From the NCBI GenBank assembly GCA_963727895.1, contig CAVSHT010000005.1, positions 32,001 to 96,000 on the forward strand: DNA of 64,000 nt, in the 5' to 3' direction. The notes beneath the pieces are model-generated. The model searched no databases, was not told the origin of the DNA, and saw only the letters and a program-made list of their open reading frames with translations. The DNA comes from an uncultured Methanosarcinaceae archaeon. Its GTDB lineage: Archaea; Halobacteriota; Methanosarcinia; Methanosarcinales; Methanosarcinaceae. The position numbers and the translations under genes are program-made. Of this stretch, positions 10,621 to 22,244 are shown one piece after another (position 1 is the stretch's first letter; every line of letters starts with the position of its first letter).

Positions 10621-11477
10621 GGTTCCGTTGCAAAAAATCTCAGAATAAGCATGTAAATCCATAATCAATAACCAAAAGTACAAATATTCAAAAAGATGTG
10701 TCAATATTATAGAACTATTCCAAATAATTGATTAATATATTTAGCTTCATTAAAGCCAGAGTAATTTAGGTTTTTGATTTGTCCTTTTTTAATCATATTC
10801 ATAGCTTCAATTCCTTTTAAAGTCTTAATAGCTGTGTTAAAAGACTGAAATCCTAACATTGGATTAACTATTCGTTTAATGGATCTATGATCTTGTTCTA
10901 TAATGTTATTCAAATACTTGATTTGTCGAATGCCTACGTTTATAGGTAGTATTTTATCATTTTTCAGTTTATCTATAGCAGGTGGATAAGCTGGATTTTT
11001 ATCAACTGTGATTACTCTTGGAATTTGATTATGATTAGAATTCAAAGCTTTCTTAAAGAAACGTTTTGCTGCTTTTTGATCTCGTTTTGCACTTAACATG
11101 AAATCAATTGTATCTCCATTTGAGTCAACTGCTCGGTAAAAATATTTCCATTTACCTTTAACTCTGATGTAAGTTTCATCAACTCTCCAAGAGTCGTTTG
11201 TTGGTCTTAAATGCCTTCTTACCTTCTTTTCGATTTCAGGAGAGTATTGATGTACCCATCTCATGATAGTACTGTGATCAACTTCTACTCCCCTCTCTGC
11301 CATCATTTCCTCTAAATTTCTATAACTTACTGGATATTTTAGGTACCATCTGACGTTTAATAAAATGATTTCTCCTTCGTAATGTTTCCACTTAAAGGAA
11401 TTAGATAGCATATTATCGTTCTATTGATTTTCTCCTTATTCAATTGAATCCTTATTATGATTTTTTGCAACAGAACC
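10621..11477 (-). mobile_element. IS6-family element, copy A (857 bp, intact TSD)
   Basis: TIRs GGTTC(C/T)GTTGCAAAAAATC. 8-bp target duplication GATATTAT at 10613-10620 and 11478-11485. Confidence 0.96.
10707..11411 (-). CDS. IS6-family transposase
   Basis: FKWKHYEGEIIL, WRVDETYIRVKG, ITVDKNPAY and YLNNIIEQDHR motifs. Confidence 0.96.
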   Translation of the reverse strand: MLSNSFKWKHYEGEIILLNVRWYLKYPVSYRNLEEMMAERGVEVDHSTIMRWVHQYSPEIEKKVRRHLRPTNDSWRVDETYIRVKGKWKYFYRAVDSNGDTIDFMLSAKRDQKAAKRFFKKALNSNHNQIPRVITVDKNPAYPPAIDKLKNDKILPINVGIRQIKYLNNIIEQDHRSIKRIVNPMLGFQSFNTAIKTLKGIEAMNMIKKGQIKNLNYSGFNEAKYINQLFGIVL

Positions 11478-12040
11478 GATATTATTAATATATTTGCTAT
11501 ATTAGTATTAAGATCAATTAATCAACTGTCAGCAAACCGTTTGATGATGGATTCGAAGATGGAAAGAAAAGAACGGATACTTTCTTTGCACCATAATATT
11601 CTGTCACATATCTAATTAGTTATTCTTTTTTGCTCTCTGAAAATTGTACTGTCTTTTCTGATGTATTTGTGTTTTTAGATGTAGAAACTTGTGTTGCTTC
11701 TTTGTTTGCCCGTGAAATCTCTGTATGTACTGTTTCAGATTCAACTGATTTTTTAGCACCTTCATTTGAGTCCGTACATCCAAGGCACACAGTAAATCCA
11801 AGGATCAAAACAATTACAAAAATCACTTTTTTGTTATTCATAATCACACCCTTTTCAGAATACCCAAATCATACTGTTTATTTTTAGTCATTCTCAATAG
11901 ATGGTGCAATCATTTTTTAATTTTATTATTTGTTTTTATGTTTAATTTTGTAGTTTAACGATGCTATTCTTCGTTCTTTTTGGGATCAGTTTCTTGTTTA
12001 ACAGGTTTTATTCACGGATTTATAGAGAAATAATAATTCT

Positions 12041-12172
12041 GAACTGAAAGTATTGAAGGCAAACAGATATACAATTTTAAGTATTCTAATTTTCAAATTC
12101 ACTACCATGAATCTTCATGAATATTTTGTAGATTCTAATATCCACTTATTTATTGCTTAATACTTTCAGTTC
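12041..12172. repeat. MITE-like element with 14-bp perfect terminal inverted repeats
   Basis: GAACTGAAAGTATT (12041-12054) and AATACTTTCAGTTC (12159-12172), with imperfect extension on both sides. No ORF inside. Confidence 0.5.
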
Positions 12173-12546
12173 GCTATATTACTCTATTAATAAAAAGTCT
12201 GCATTCTGCTGTATGTATCAAAAACGGGGTAGTGTAAATCTAAAAATGGTTATTGGTAACCATAAGTAAAATCAATCGTCCTAAATTATAACTAATTATT
12301 TATAATAATTCATTTAATTATCTACCTTAGGCTTAATACACAAAATACAAGTTTAAGATTTTCAAAAAAGGTTCTTAAAACTCATAAATTCATATTATTT
12401 CTGGATTTCTTATAGATTCAACTTTAAGATTCAGGCTCTACTCTAACATAAATCCAGAATTTGCTCTGACTTTAAAACCTAATATACCAAAATACCAAAA
12501 TTTTCACCTAATCGATTCAACTGGACAAAAACCCGAGAGAAGGAAA

Positions 12547-15500
12547 ATGAAAAATATTGTTATTAAAGGGGCACGGGAGCATAACCTTAAAGACATCACA
12601 GTGGAACTCCCGCGGGACAAATTAATTGTTATTACAGGGGTATCAGGCTCAGGGAAATCCACCCTGGCTTTTGACACGATTTATGCCGAAGGACAGCGGC
12701 GCTATGTTGAATCCCTTTCGGCTTATGCACGGCAATTTTTAGGAATTATGAACAAGCCGGATGTGGACAGTATCGAAGGTTTATCTCCGGCAATTTCCAT
12801 TGAGCAGAAAACAACCTCAAAAAACCCAAGGAGTACCGTAGGGACGGTTACTGAAATTTATGATTATCTGAGGCTGCTTTTGTCAAGAGTCGGTACGCCT
12901 TATTGCCCGACCCACAACATAAAAATTGAGGCTCAGTCCCCTGAAAAGATTGCGGACAATCTCAGCAAAGAGTTTGAGGGCATGGTTACCATTCTTGCTC
13001 CTGTAGTCCGCCAGAAAAAAGGGACATACCAGCAGATCTTCAAAGAACTAAACAGCGAAGGCTTTACACGGATGAGGGTAAACGGCGAAATCCACAGGAC
13101 TGACGACGAAATCACCCTTGACCGCTACAAAAAACATGATATTGAAGTTGTTATTGACAGGCTGGACCCTTCTGAAGATCGCTCAAGGATTGTCGAAGCC
13201 TGTGAAATCGCTCTCAAAAAAGCAGACGGGCTCTTAATTGCAGTTGATTCAAAGGGAAAAGACCACCTATATTCCTCGAACATGGCCTGTCCGGTCTGTG
13301 GCATGGCTTTTGAAGAACTCCAGCCCAGAATGTTTTCCTTCAACAGTCCTTTCGGGGCATGTGAAGCCTGCAATGGGCTAGGGTTTAAGATGGAGTTCGA
13401 CCCTGACCTCATTATTCCTAATAAAACTCTCTGTATTGCAGACGGTGCAGTCGCCATATACAGAAATTTCCTGGACGGTTACCGGAGTCAATATTTAGCA
13501 GCCGTGGCAAAACATTTAGGTTTTGATATATTCACTCCTATTGAAGATCTCACAGATGAACAGTATAATGTTCTCATGTACGGCTCAGACGAACGTATAC
13601 AGTTCAGCATGAGCATGAAAAACGGAGATGCAAAATGGTCTCATAAAGGTGCCTGGGAAGGTTTGCTCCCGCAGTCTGAGAGGCTTTACAGACAGACAAA
13701 ATCCGAGTACCGTCGAAAGGAACTTGAAAAATTCATGCAGGTCAAGCTCTGCCCAAAATGTGAAGGCAAACGCCTGAAGGAAAAAGTACTTGCAGTAAAA
13801 TTTGGCGGGAAGTCCATTGTAGATATAGCAGATCTCTCAATTCTGGAATGCATCAGGTTTTTTGAAACCGTAGAGCTCTCAGAAATGGAAAAAGAAATCT
13901 CAAAGCAGGTCTTAAAGGAGATTAACTTCAGGCTCGGTTTCCTTGAGCATGTAGGGCTCAACTACCTCACTCTTTCCCGCAATACAGGCACTCTCTCAGG
14001 CGGAGAAGCTCAGAGAATTAGGTTGGCTACCCAGATTGGTTCAAACCTCATGGGAGTGCTCTATGTTCTCGACGAACCTTCAATAGGGCTGCATCAAAGA
14101 GACAACGAGCGGCTAATCCAGACACTCCAGACCTTGCAGGATCTGGGAAATACCCTGATAGTCGTGGAACATGATGAAGATACTATTAGGGCTGCGGACT
14201 ATGTGCTTGATATTGGGCCCGGTGCAGGTGTTCATGGAGGATATGTGGTAGCCGAAGGTACCCCTGAAGAAATTGAGAAAAATCCGGAATCTCTGACTGG
14301 TCAGTATCTATCAGGAGAGAAACAGATAAAACTGCCTGCTCTTCGTCGTCACAGCGACGCGTTCATCAGGTTGAAAGGATGCAGGGCAAACAACCTCAAG
14401 AATATAGATGTAAATATTCCCATAGGGGTACTGACCATTGTTACAGGTGTTTCTGGTTCCGGAAAGTCCACGTTAATTTACGATACCCTTTACAAAGCCT
14501 TGACTAAGAAGATAAATAAATCAAATGTAACGCCAGGAGACTATGACAAGCTGGTTTTTGATTCCGAGATAGATAAGGTAATCGTTATTGATCAGAGCCC
14601 TATTGGTAGAACTCCTCGCTCAAACCCTGCCACTTATATCAAGGTATTTGATACCATAAGGCAGACTTTTGCCGAAACCAAGGAAGCAAAAATACGGGGT
14701 TATAAAAGTGGACGTTTTTCTTTCAACGTAAAAGGAGGGCGCTGTGAAGCCTGCCAGGGAGACGGACTGATAAAAATCGAAATGAACTTCCTGCCTGATG
14801 TATATATTGAATGCGAGGAATGCAAAGGTACACGCTATAACCAGGAAACCCTCGAAGTAAAGTACAGGGGCAAGTCGATTGCAGAAGTCCTTGATATGAC
14901 TGTAGAAGAGGCTGCCGAACACTTTGAAAACATCCCTGCAATCAAACGCAAACTCGATACTCTAGTCAAAGTTGGGCTGGGCTATATCAAGCTCGGTCAG
15001 AGCTCAACAACGCTTTCTGGTGGGGAAGCTCAGAGGATCAAACTTACAAGAGAACTCTCTAAAAAGTGTACTGGAAAGACAATTTATCTTCTTGATGAAC
15101 CAACAACTGGGCTTCACTTTCATGATGTCAAAAAGCTAATCGCAGTTCTCAACAGGCTTGTCGAAAAAGGAAACACCGTGGTTGTAATAGAGCACAACCT
15201 GGATGTAATTAAATCAGCAGACTATATCATTGACCTGGGTCCTGAAGGCGGAAATGAAGGCGGGGAAATTATTGCCGAAGGAACACCTGAGGAAGTATCC
15301 ATAGTTCAGGGAAGTTATACTGCTCGTTTTCTTGCTCCAAAACTTTCAGCGTCTTATCCCGATATGTCAGAGGAAGAACCTGTAGATTTTGTTTTTGAAG
15401 AAGGGGAATCTTTTGAGGAAGAGTCTGAAGAGGACGAATCTGAAGAATTTGAAAATGATACTGATGATGAGGATTCCAAATGCTTAGAGGAAGATTTTGA

Positions 15501-15582
15501 CAAAGATCTTAATGAAGATTCCAGAGGTTTCAAACACAGTAAACATGGAACTGATAAAACGCTTGAAGAACATTTGATTTAA
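12547..15582 (+). CDS. uvrA: Excinuclease ABC subunit A
   Basis: GAREHNLK, two GVSGSGKS Walker A motifs, two LSGGEAQRI signatures, Zn fingers, and an extra acidic C-terminal tail. Confidence 0.98.
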   Translation: MKNIVIKGAREHNLKDITVELPRDKLIVITGVSGSGKSTLAFDTIYAEGQRRYVESLSAYARQFLGIMNKPDVDSIEGLSPAISIEQKTTSKNPRSTVGTVTEIYDYLRLLLSRVGTPYCPTHNIKIEAQSPEKIADNLSKEFEGMVTILAPVVRQKKGTYQQIFKELNSEGFTRMRVNGEIHRTDDEITLDRYKKHDIEVVIDRLDPSEDRSRIVEACEIALKKADGLLIAVDSKGKDHLYSSNMACPVCGMAFEELQPRMFSFNSPFGACEACNGLGFKMEFDPDLIIPNKTLCIADGAVAIYRNFLDGYRSQYLAAVAKHLGFDIFTPIEDLTDEQYNVLMYGSDERIQFSMSMKNGDAKWSHKGAWEGLLPQSERLYRQTKSEYRRKELEKFMQVKLCPKCEGKRLKEKVLAVKFGGKSIVDIADLSILECIRFFETVELSEMEKEISKQVLKEINFRLGFLEHVGLNYLTLSRNTGTLSGGEAQRIRLATQIGSNLMGVLYVLDEPSIGLHQRDNERLIQTLQTLQDLGNTLIVVEHDEDTIRAADYVLDIGPGAGVHGGYVVAEGTPEEIEKNPESLTGQYLSGEKQIKLPALRRHSDAFIRLKGCRANNLKNIDVNIPIGVLTIVTGVSGSGKSTLIYDTLYKALTKKINKSNVTPGDYDKLVFDSEIDKVIVIDQSPIGRTPRSNPATYIKVFDTIRQTFAETKEAKIRGYKSGRFSFNVKGGRCEACQGDGLIKIEMNFLPDVYIECEECKGTRYNQETLEVKYRGKSIAEVLDMTVEEAAEHFENIPAIKRKLDTLVKVGLGYIKLGQSSTTLSGGEAQRIKLTRELSKKCTGKTIYLLDEPTTGLHFHDVKKLIAVLNRLVEKGNTVVVIEHNLDVIKSADYIIDLGPEGGNEGGEIIAEGTPEEVSIVQGSYTARFLAPKLSASYPDMSEEEPVDFVFEEGESFEEESEEDESEEFENDTDDEDSKCLEEDFDKDLNEDSRGFKHSKHGTDKTLEEHLI

Positions 15583-15615
15583 AAAGACTAAAAAACTTAA
15601 ATTAGAGGTTTAAAA

Positions 15616-17175
15616 ATGATTGATCTGGAGGTTCTTCCCCACCTGCCTGGATGTTATCTCTTCAAAAATGAAGAAGGAACTGTGATGTATGTAGGCAAGG
15701 CAAAAGATCTTAAAAAGCGGGTGAGTAGCTATTTCCAGAAACGAGACCATGACCCAAAAACCGAAAGTCTTGTGCAGGCTGTAAAAGATCTTGATTTTAT
15801 TGTGACGAACACAGAAGTCGAGGCTTTCCTCCTGGAAAATACCCTTATCAAGAAGCACTGGCCTTGGTACAATATAGCTCTCAAGGATTCTAAAAGATAT
15901 GCCTGCATTCATTTAACCGATGAAAAGTTTCCAAGGATCAGACTCGCTCGGAAAAAAGCAGATGGTGGAAGCTTTTTTGGACCCTTTGTATCGGCAAAGG
16001 AAAGAAATTATATTTTTGAGGTTGTAAGAAAGACCTTTCAGCTTAGAACCTGCAAACAAATGCCGAAACGAGCCTGTCTTCGATATCATATAGCTGTATG
16101 TAGTGGTCCCTGCATAGGGACAGTTTCTATAGAAGATTATGATGAAAAAGTAAAAAAAGCTGCCTCTGTACTGAAAGGCAACATCAAAGAGCTTATCGAG
16201 TCTATGGAAAAGGACATGAGAGATCTGGCATCAAGGCAGCAATTTGAGCAGGCTATGGCTCTCAGAGATGAAATTGCAGCCCTTGAACATCTCCAGGAAA
16301 AGCAAAATATGGAGAGGCAAAAAAAGCATAACGAGGACATCCTGAACTACATTGTCAGGGACGATACTGTTTATCTTATGCTTTTCAAGGTCTACAAAGG
16401 TACGCTTGAAGACAAGCAGGATTATGTTTTTGCCTTAGGGGAAAATTTTTTGGAAGAATTTCTGGTTCAGTATTATTCCGAGAACGAGCCTCCTGAAGAA
16501 CTAATCTTGCCTGAGGCTCTAGATGAATCTTTTACTGATTTTCTTTCACATCTTAAGGGAACAAAAGTCAAAGTTACGGTTCCAAAACAAGGCGAGAAAA
16601 AGGAGCTTCTTGATCTTGCCCTGAAAAATGTTGAAATCGGCTTCTTTGGAGACCGGAAAAAACTTGAAGCTCTGCAAAGTAAACTTTCCCTTTCAAAACT
16701 TCCTAATGTTATAGAATGTTTCGATATTTCCCATCTTTCAGGTACGTCCACGGTTGGCTCAATGGTTCAGTTCCGTGGAGGCAGACCTGATAAACATAAT
16801 TATCGCCGTTTTAAGATCGAAAGCGTTGAAGGGATTGACGATTTTGCTTCCATTGCCGAGGTTGTGCGCAGGCGTTATTCCCGTTTGCTTGAAGATAAAC
16901 ATGACCTTCCTGACCTTATTATTATAGATGGGGGAAAAGGGCAACTATCTTCAGCTTTCCAGGAACTTAGAACATTAAAGCTCAGAGTTCCTATTATCTC
17001 TATAGCCAAGAGGGAAGAAGAAATCTATGTTCCCGGGGTCAAGTCTCCTCTTCCCATAAAAAGAGAAGATAAAGCCTCACTTTTTGTCCAGGAGATTCGA
17101 GACGAAGCCCACAGGTTTGCAATTACCTATAACCGTTTACTGAGGCAAAAATCACTGATTCCTAAAAATCAGTGA
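15616..17175 (+). CDS. uvrC: Excinuclease ABC subunit C
   Basis: GIY-YIG (PGCYLF...YVGKAKDLKKRVSSYF), UVR domain, ECFDISH, DGGKGQL and IRDEAHRFA. Ends without the HhH domain. Confidence 0.97.
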   Translation: MIDLEVLPHLPGCYLFKNEEGTVMYVGKAKDLKKRVSSYFQKRDHDPKTESLVQAVKDLDFIVTNTEVEAFLLENTLIKKHWPWYNIALKDSKRYACIHLTDEKFPRIRLARKKADGGSFFGPFVSAKERNYIFEVVRKTFQLRTCKQMPKRACLRYHIAVCSGPCIGTVSIEDYDEKVKKAASVLKGNIKELIESMEKDMRDLASRQQFEQAMALRDEIAALEHLQEKQNMERQKKHNEDILNYIVRDDTVYLMLFKVYKGTLEDKQDYVFALGENFLEEFLVQYYSENEPPEELILPEALDESFTDFLSHLKGTKVKVTVPKQGEKKELLDLALKNVEIGFFGDRKKLEALQSKLSLSKLPNVIECFDISHLSGTSTVGSMVQFRGGRPDKHNYRRFKIESVEGIDDFASIAEVVRRRYSRLLEDKHDLPDLIIIDGGKGQLSSAFQELRTLKLRVPIISIAKREEEIYVPGVKSPLPIKREDKASLFVQEIRDEAHRFAITYNRLLRQKSLIPKNQ

Positions 17176-17284
17176 GTTCCTAATAATAATCGGTATTGTG
17201 TATAACAACATAAGTGTAACGTGTAACAGGCGTAACAACATAATTTCCATACTTTGACAATTAATATTTTAAGGTCTTGATTTT

Positions 17285-19298
17285 ATGAGCTCCCCTAACC
17301 AACAATCTCAAACTTTCTCTCATAAATTCGCAGAAACAATACGTGATGCTCGATATTGGGACAGCCCGCAGTTCAAGCTGGTTTCCGATTTTGAGCCAAA
17401 GGGTTCTCAACCTCAAGCAATCGAAAAACTTATTGAGGGACTGAAAAAAGGGGAGCAGTACCAGACCTTACTTGGGGTAACAGGTTCAGGGAAAACCTAT
17501 ACCGTTGCAAACGTTATAAATCAGATCAAAAAACCGACCATTGTTATTGCTCATAATAAAACCCTTGTTGCCCAGCTTTATAATGAGTTCAGGGAGTTTT
17601 TCCCTGAAAACAGAGTAGAGTATTTTGTTTCCTATTACGATTATTATCAGCCTGAATCTTATCTTCCTTCTAAGGATCAATATATTGAAAAGGATGCCCA
17701 GATCAATCCGAAAATCGAACAGATGCGGCTTGCTGCTACTGCTTCCCTTATGTCGCGTCAGGACGTTATTGTAGTGGCATCTGTATCATGTATTTACGGA
17801 CTTGGCAATCCTGAAAATTTCCAGAAAATGGGTTTTGAATTAAAGGTAGGAGATAAGGTTCAGAGAAAAGAGATCCTGCAAAAACTTGTTGAAATCCAGT
17901 TTGAGCGCAATGATCTTGAACTTATGCCAGGGCGCTTTCGGGTAAAAGGAGATACTATTGATATTATTCCCGGATATTTTGACAACATTATTCGGATTGA
18001 ACTCTTCGGAGATGAGATTGACCGGATATCCGAAGTTGACAAGCAGACAGGACAGCGAACGGAAAGCATGGATTATTTCTTTATTTATCCTGCCAGACAT
18101 TATGTAATTCCTGAGGAGGAACAGAAAAGTGCAATTCAGTCCATCCTCGAAGAGCTCGAAGAACACCTTCCTGAACTTGGACTCCTTGAGTCGCACAGGT
18201 TGAAACAGCGCACGATTTATGACATGGAAATGATCCAGGAAACCGGCAGTTGCAAGGGCATTGAAAACTACTCCAGGCATTTTGACCACAGGCAACTGGG
18301 AGAACAGCCTTTCTGCTTGCTTGACTATTTCCCTGAGGATTTCCTGATGATAATCGATGAGAGTCACCAGACCATTCCACAGCTTCACGGAATGTACAAC
18401 GGAGACCGCTCAAGAAAGAAGAACCTTGTTGACTATGGGTTCAGGCTTCCGAGTGCCTACGATAACAGGCCTCTAAAGTTCGATGAGTTTGAGAAGTACA
18501 TGAAAAATGTTATCTTTGTTTCGGCTACTCCATCAGATTATGAACATGATCATTCAGCTCAGATCGTGGAGCAGATCATCCGTCCTACAGGACTTGTTGA
18601 CCCTGAAGTGGAAATTCGTTCTCTTGAAGGTCAGGTAAGGGATGTCATGAAAGAAGTCCGAAAGATTATTGAAAGGGGAGATCGTTCCCTTGTGACTACC
18701 CTGACAAAAAAGCTTGCGGAAGAACTTACTGAGTACCTTGCAAGGAACGAAATAAAAGCTCGCTACCTGCACTCGGACATCAAAACGATGGAACGAACTG
18801 AGATTATCCGTGAACTCCGACTTGGAAAATTTGATGTCCTTGTCGGGATCAACCTACTCAGAGAAGGGCTTGATATTCCAGAAGTGGGTTTCATTGGCAT
18901 CCTGGATGCGGATAAAGAAGGTTTCCTGAGAAACTCAAAAAGTCTTATTCAGACAATAGGGCGTGCAGCTCGAAACGCCAACTCGAAGGTTGTCCTGTAT
19001 GCCGACAATATGACAGATTCCATCAAAAAAGCTGTTAATGAGACTGAACGCCGTCGCTCCATGCAGATTGCCTATAATAAAGAACACGGCATCGTCCCGA
19101 CAACCATCAGTAAACCCATTCGTGAAAAGATCATAGATATCACCGATACCAAACACATTCCCGAAAGCCGAGATTTCCAATATGATCATCGAACTTGATC
19201 TCGAAATGAGGGACGCTGCTGACAGGCTGGACTTTGAAAGGGCAATTCAGGTGAGAGAATTAATAAAGAAACTAGAGAAAGAGATTAAAGTAGTTTGA
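17285..19298 (+). CDS. uvrB: Excinuclease ABC subunit B; +1 frameshift at 19160-19162 removes the C-terminal UVR domain as assembled
   Basis: [21 protein letters not shown] and QTIGRAARN. The ORF stops at 19198, but removing one C from ATTCCCGAAA gives [34 protein letters not shown]...VV* ending at 19298. Confidence 0.95.
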
Positions 19299-19402
19299 GA
19301 ATATAGTATCCTGAGAAAAAGTGACTTGAGAGGAAAATAGCTTTAAAATAAAATATACTCAGAGGTTGGACGAAAAGGAAAAATTTTGTTAAACTAAGGT
19401 AA

Positions 19403-20212
19403 TTACAGATTTTTACCGCCATAGGATCTAACATGGTTCCAGGCTTTATGATGGTTTGCAAAAAGATCCTTATCTGTGTATATAGCAGCATTTTCCCTAT
19501 TATATACCACTCTATCGTTTCCTATTGGGCAGACCTTAATACATATACCACAGGGTGAAATGTGGCGCTTGTTTAATTCAGCGCTGTAAGAAGAACAGGC
19601 TTTCTTATCTGTCAGTCCGTTGGGGTAATCTTCTTTATTAAGAGCATTTGATGGGCACACTTTTACACAAAGCATACAACGGTTGCAAAGCTGAGTTTCC
19701 AGCATTGGATCTTGAGGAAGTTCGGCTGTTGACAGAATTGAACCTAAACGGACCCTGGGGCCATATTCAGGTGTAAGGAGCGTATTATTTACCCCAAAAG
19801 TTCCAAGTCCAGCGAGCAAAGCAGCATGTCTGTGAGAAAAGAATGCAGTAGGATTTTCAATGAGTACCTGAACGCTTCCATACCCGTCTCTAGGTACGAA
19901 AACAGACGGGTATCCTCTATCTGTCAGGAAATTGGCGAGCCTATATGTGTATTGATCCAGTAAGGTGTTTATAGTATTGTACAGTTCGTGATAATATAAA
20001 GAAGGGGATGTCTCCAACACCGGTAGAGGAACCGGTAGTCCGATAACTATCACCGATTTTGCTTCAGGGTATATGAATTGAGGATAGAATTCTTCAGGCA
20101 TCCATGGCAAAAAAGGAGGATTACTCCATCTCTCAACACTGGCAACTCCAACCAGAGGTATATCCATACTTTCGCATTTCTGCAGGAGGGCTTTTTTTAG
20201 ATCTTCATTCAT
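19403..20212 (-). CDS. Epoxyqueuosine reductase-like 4Fe-4S protein
   Basis: AKSVIVIGL, FSHRHAALLAGLGTFGVN, TPEYGPRVRLGSILSTAEL, CNRCMLCVKVCP and CGICIKVCP. Confidence 0.85.
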   Translation of the reverse strand: MNEDLKKALLQKCESMDIPLVGVASVERWSNPPFLPWMPEEFYPQFIYPEAKSVIVIGLPVPLPVLETSPSLYYHELYNTINTLLDQYTYRLANFLTDRGYPSVFVPRDGYGSVQVLIENPTAFFSHRHAALLAGLGTFGVNNTLLTPEYGPRVRLGSILSTAELPQDPMLETQLCNRCMLCVKVCPSNALNKEDYPNGLTDKKACSSYSAELNKRHISPCGICIKVCPIGNDRVVYNRENAAIYTDKDLFANHHKAWNHVRSYGGKNL

Positions 20213-20381
20213 AGATTCATCCCTTCTTTATAATTCATTATTGCTACAGGGAAATAGTTTTGTCTACTCATTTGAACGTTTCCACTCATAATAAGTCCAG
20301 AATTTTCCAAAAAGAGGAAACTGATTTAATTACTTTGGATAAATTTATATCAATTTTGAATTGAAGAATAACCAGGATAAA

Positions 20382-20576
20382 TCAAAAAGAATGGAACCTA
20401 TTGTATATATTTAAAATCAAGGTTATAACGAAATACAGAATTAGAGATCCTATTAATGATACCAAAATTGACATTGAAATTATTCCGAAATCAAGTTCTC
20501 TAGATAATAATATCATAGGAATGAAAAGAATTGCAAAGAAAATGATAAGCAGTAATTGAGAAGGTTTCTTCTTCAT
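20382..20576 (-). CDS. Small two-TM membrane protein
   Basis: 64 aa with two hydrophobic helices; GAGGTGA RBS upstream of the ATG. Confidence 0.7.
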   Translation of the reverse strand: MKKKPSQLLLIIFFAILFIPMILLSRELDFGIISMSILVSLIGSLILYFVITLILNIYNRFHSF

Positions 20577-20798
20577 GTTAATTCACCTCATAAATTAACA
20601 CCCAACTTATAGTTTTTTTAAACGGGAATATTTTTTAGATTCATACTACCATTTAATCTTAAATTTAGAAGAATTGTAAAAGGAATCTTATACTCATGCT
20701 TTCTATGCTTCAATTCCAAAATATCCATAAACCTGAAAGTTCTAATTTGTTCCTTGATTGGTTAACTCTTCCTTAAATCTGGATTTTAAACTTTCAGA

Positions 20799-21170
20799 TT
20801 AAATATAATATTCAACATAGAAGCGGTAAGTAACCTGCAGTTCTTCTAGCTCCCTGGGTTCCAGTTCAAAATCAGGCTGGCTGGTTTTGTAAAGTTTTCC
20901 CCCTAAATTTTTGAATGTTATTTCGCACTTTATATTTTCAGGAAGCTGAGACTCAAAGCTACGGCATTTATTACGAATTTCCAAAACAATCTTTTCGATT
21001 TCTTCGGGACTGAAGACTTTTTTCTTTTCAGGACTGTAATTTACTTCAACTATCAATTCTTCTTTACTCGTCAAATCAGCCCAGAAACCTGAAAGTTCGG
21101 TTCCTTCTATTTTGTAGTCCTGAAGTTCAAAACTTCTTGTAATTGTATTCTTCATTTTGCTCTCTTCCAT
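20799..21170 (-). CDS. Hypothetical protein
   Basis: 123-aa globular-looking ORF; alternative start 21155 after GAAGAGAG; TATA-like sequence upstream. Confidence 0.75.
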   Translation of the reverse strand: MEESKMKNTITRSFELQDYKIEGTELSGFWADLTSKEELIVEVNYSPEKKKVFSPEEIEKIVLEIRNKCRSFESQLPENIKCEITFKNLGGKLYKTSQPDFELEPRELEELQVTYRFYVEYYI

Positions 21171-21380
21171 ATGTTTAGTTTTGAAAGTGGATATATATAA
21201 ACTATCTTAAAAACAAAACAGATTCTTAAGAATTTAATGATTTGTTTACATAGGCACATGGAAGCGAAAATTTAAATCCTTTTGCGGGAGATTCCCGAAA
21301 ATGTAGGAAAAACAATTAATTTATCAATAAATCCATTTATTAACTAATCATTTTATCGATTTATTAACTAATCAATTTAT

Positions 21381-22120
21381 GGTATTGTTACTTAACTATA
21401 TCTAGTTCTTTATTTCTGTATTTCATCAATAGAATAACCGAGTACTTTAGCATTTCAAGACTTTTTGTATAACACTTTGTCTTTCTTCTTAATCTTGCTA
21501 GAAAATGTCTCAATATGCTGTTATATCCCTCAACTGTAAATGTTTCTGCTTTTGATTGAGTATGGATCTTTTCTGGAAGAAACTCTGCATATGCCCTCCA
21601 GTGATCTGTCATCACTTCTCCAATCTCTTTTTTCTTCAATTTTTCCCAGAGTAGTTTTCCAGTTTCCGTTCCTCTGCTACCAAAAGAGCAGTTGATAAAC
21701 TTTTTCCCAACTCTATCAACAGCAATCCAGATCCAGCAATATTTTTTTTGTTACCGATGTAAGTGTGCATCTCATCCATTTCAACAATAGATATCTCATT
21801 TTCGCTTTTTAGGTCCTCTAACTCCTGACCAAATTTCTTGATCCATCTTTGGACAGAAACATGACTCACCCCTAAAACTCTTCCTATTGAACGAAAGCCC
21901 AATCCTTCAAGATAAAGTTGTAAAGCCTGTTTTTTAACAGAGACGGAAAAAGCAGTTGATTTTAGCTCTACTGTATAGTTATAACCACAATCAGAGCATT
22001 TGTACCGTTGACGCCCGCCAACTATACCATTATTTTTGTGACTGGAACTATTGCATCTGGGGCAGTTCATGAAGAAATATACTTTCTAATAGTATATAAC
22101 TATGTTTAAGTATCAATGCC
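21381..22120 (-). mobile_element. IS1-family element, copy 3 (apparently intact)
   Basis: Ends GGTATTGTTACTTAAC and TTAAGTATCAATGCC. Perfect 8-bp TSD CAATTTAT at 21373-21380 and 22121-22128. Confidence 0.95.
21388..22070 (-). CDS. IS1-family transposase with programmed -1 frameshift at A8
   Basis: MNCPRC...CSDC, then AAC-A8-TATTGC slippery site; a -1 shift joins YCWIWIAVDR...MKYRNKELDIVK. Confidence 0.88.
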
Positions 22121-22244
22121 CAATTTATTAACTAATCAATGAAAGTATGCAAACGGTAAAAACAGGAATAAGAATAGCAATTAGAATTCTCCATTGAATC
22201 TCAGATTAAGAATCCAAATTAATATAGTAATTAAAGAGGTAAGT

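Larger units (their letters stand above)
10471..11847 (-). pseudogene. Lipoprotein gene interrupted by IS6 and in-frame stops
   Basis: The 5' part (11620-11847) has a signal peptide with lipobox-like CLGC and a Thr/Ser-rich linker. A coding-like 3' part (IISPSLANESGITNPDVSVC...YP) lies beyond the IS at 10471-10620. Confidence 0.6.

Noticed and set aside
10471..10704. 77-aa ORF as an independent gene
   Set aside because: Chimera: it starts inside the IS6 end and reads into the 3' remnant of the interrupted lipoprotein gene.
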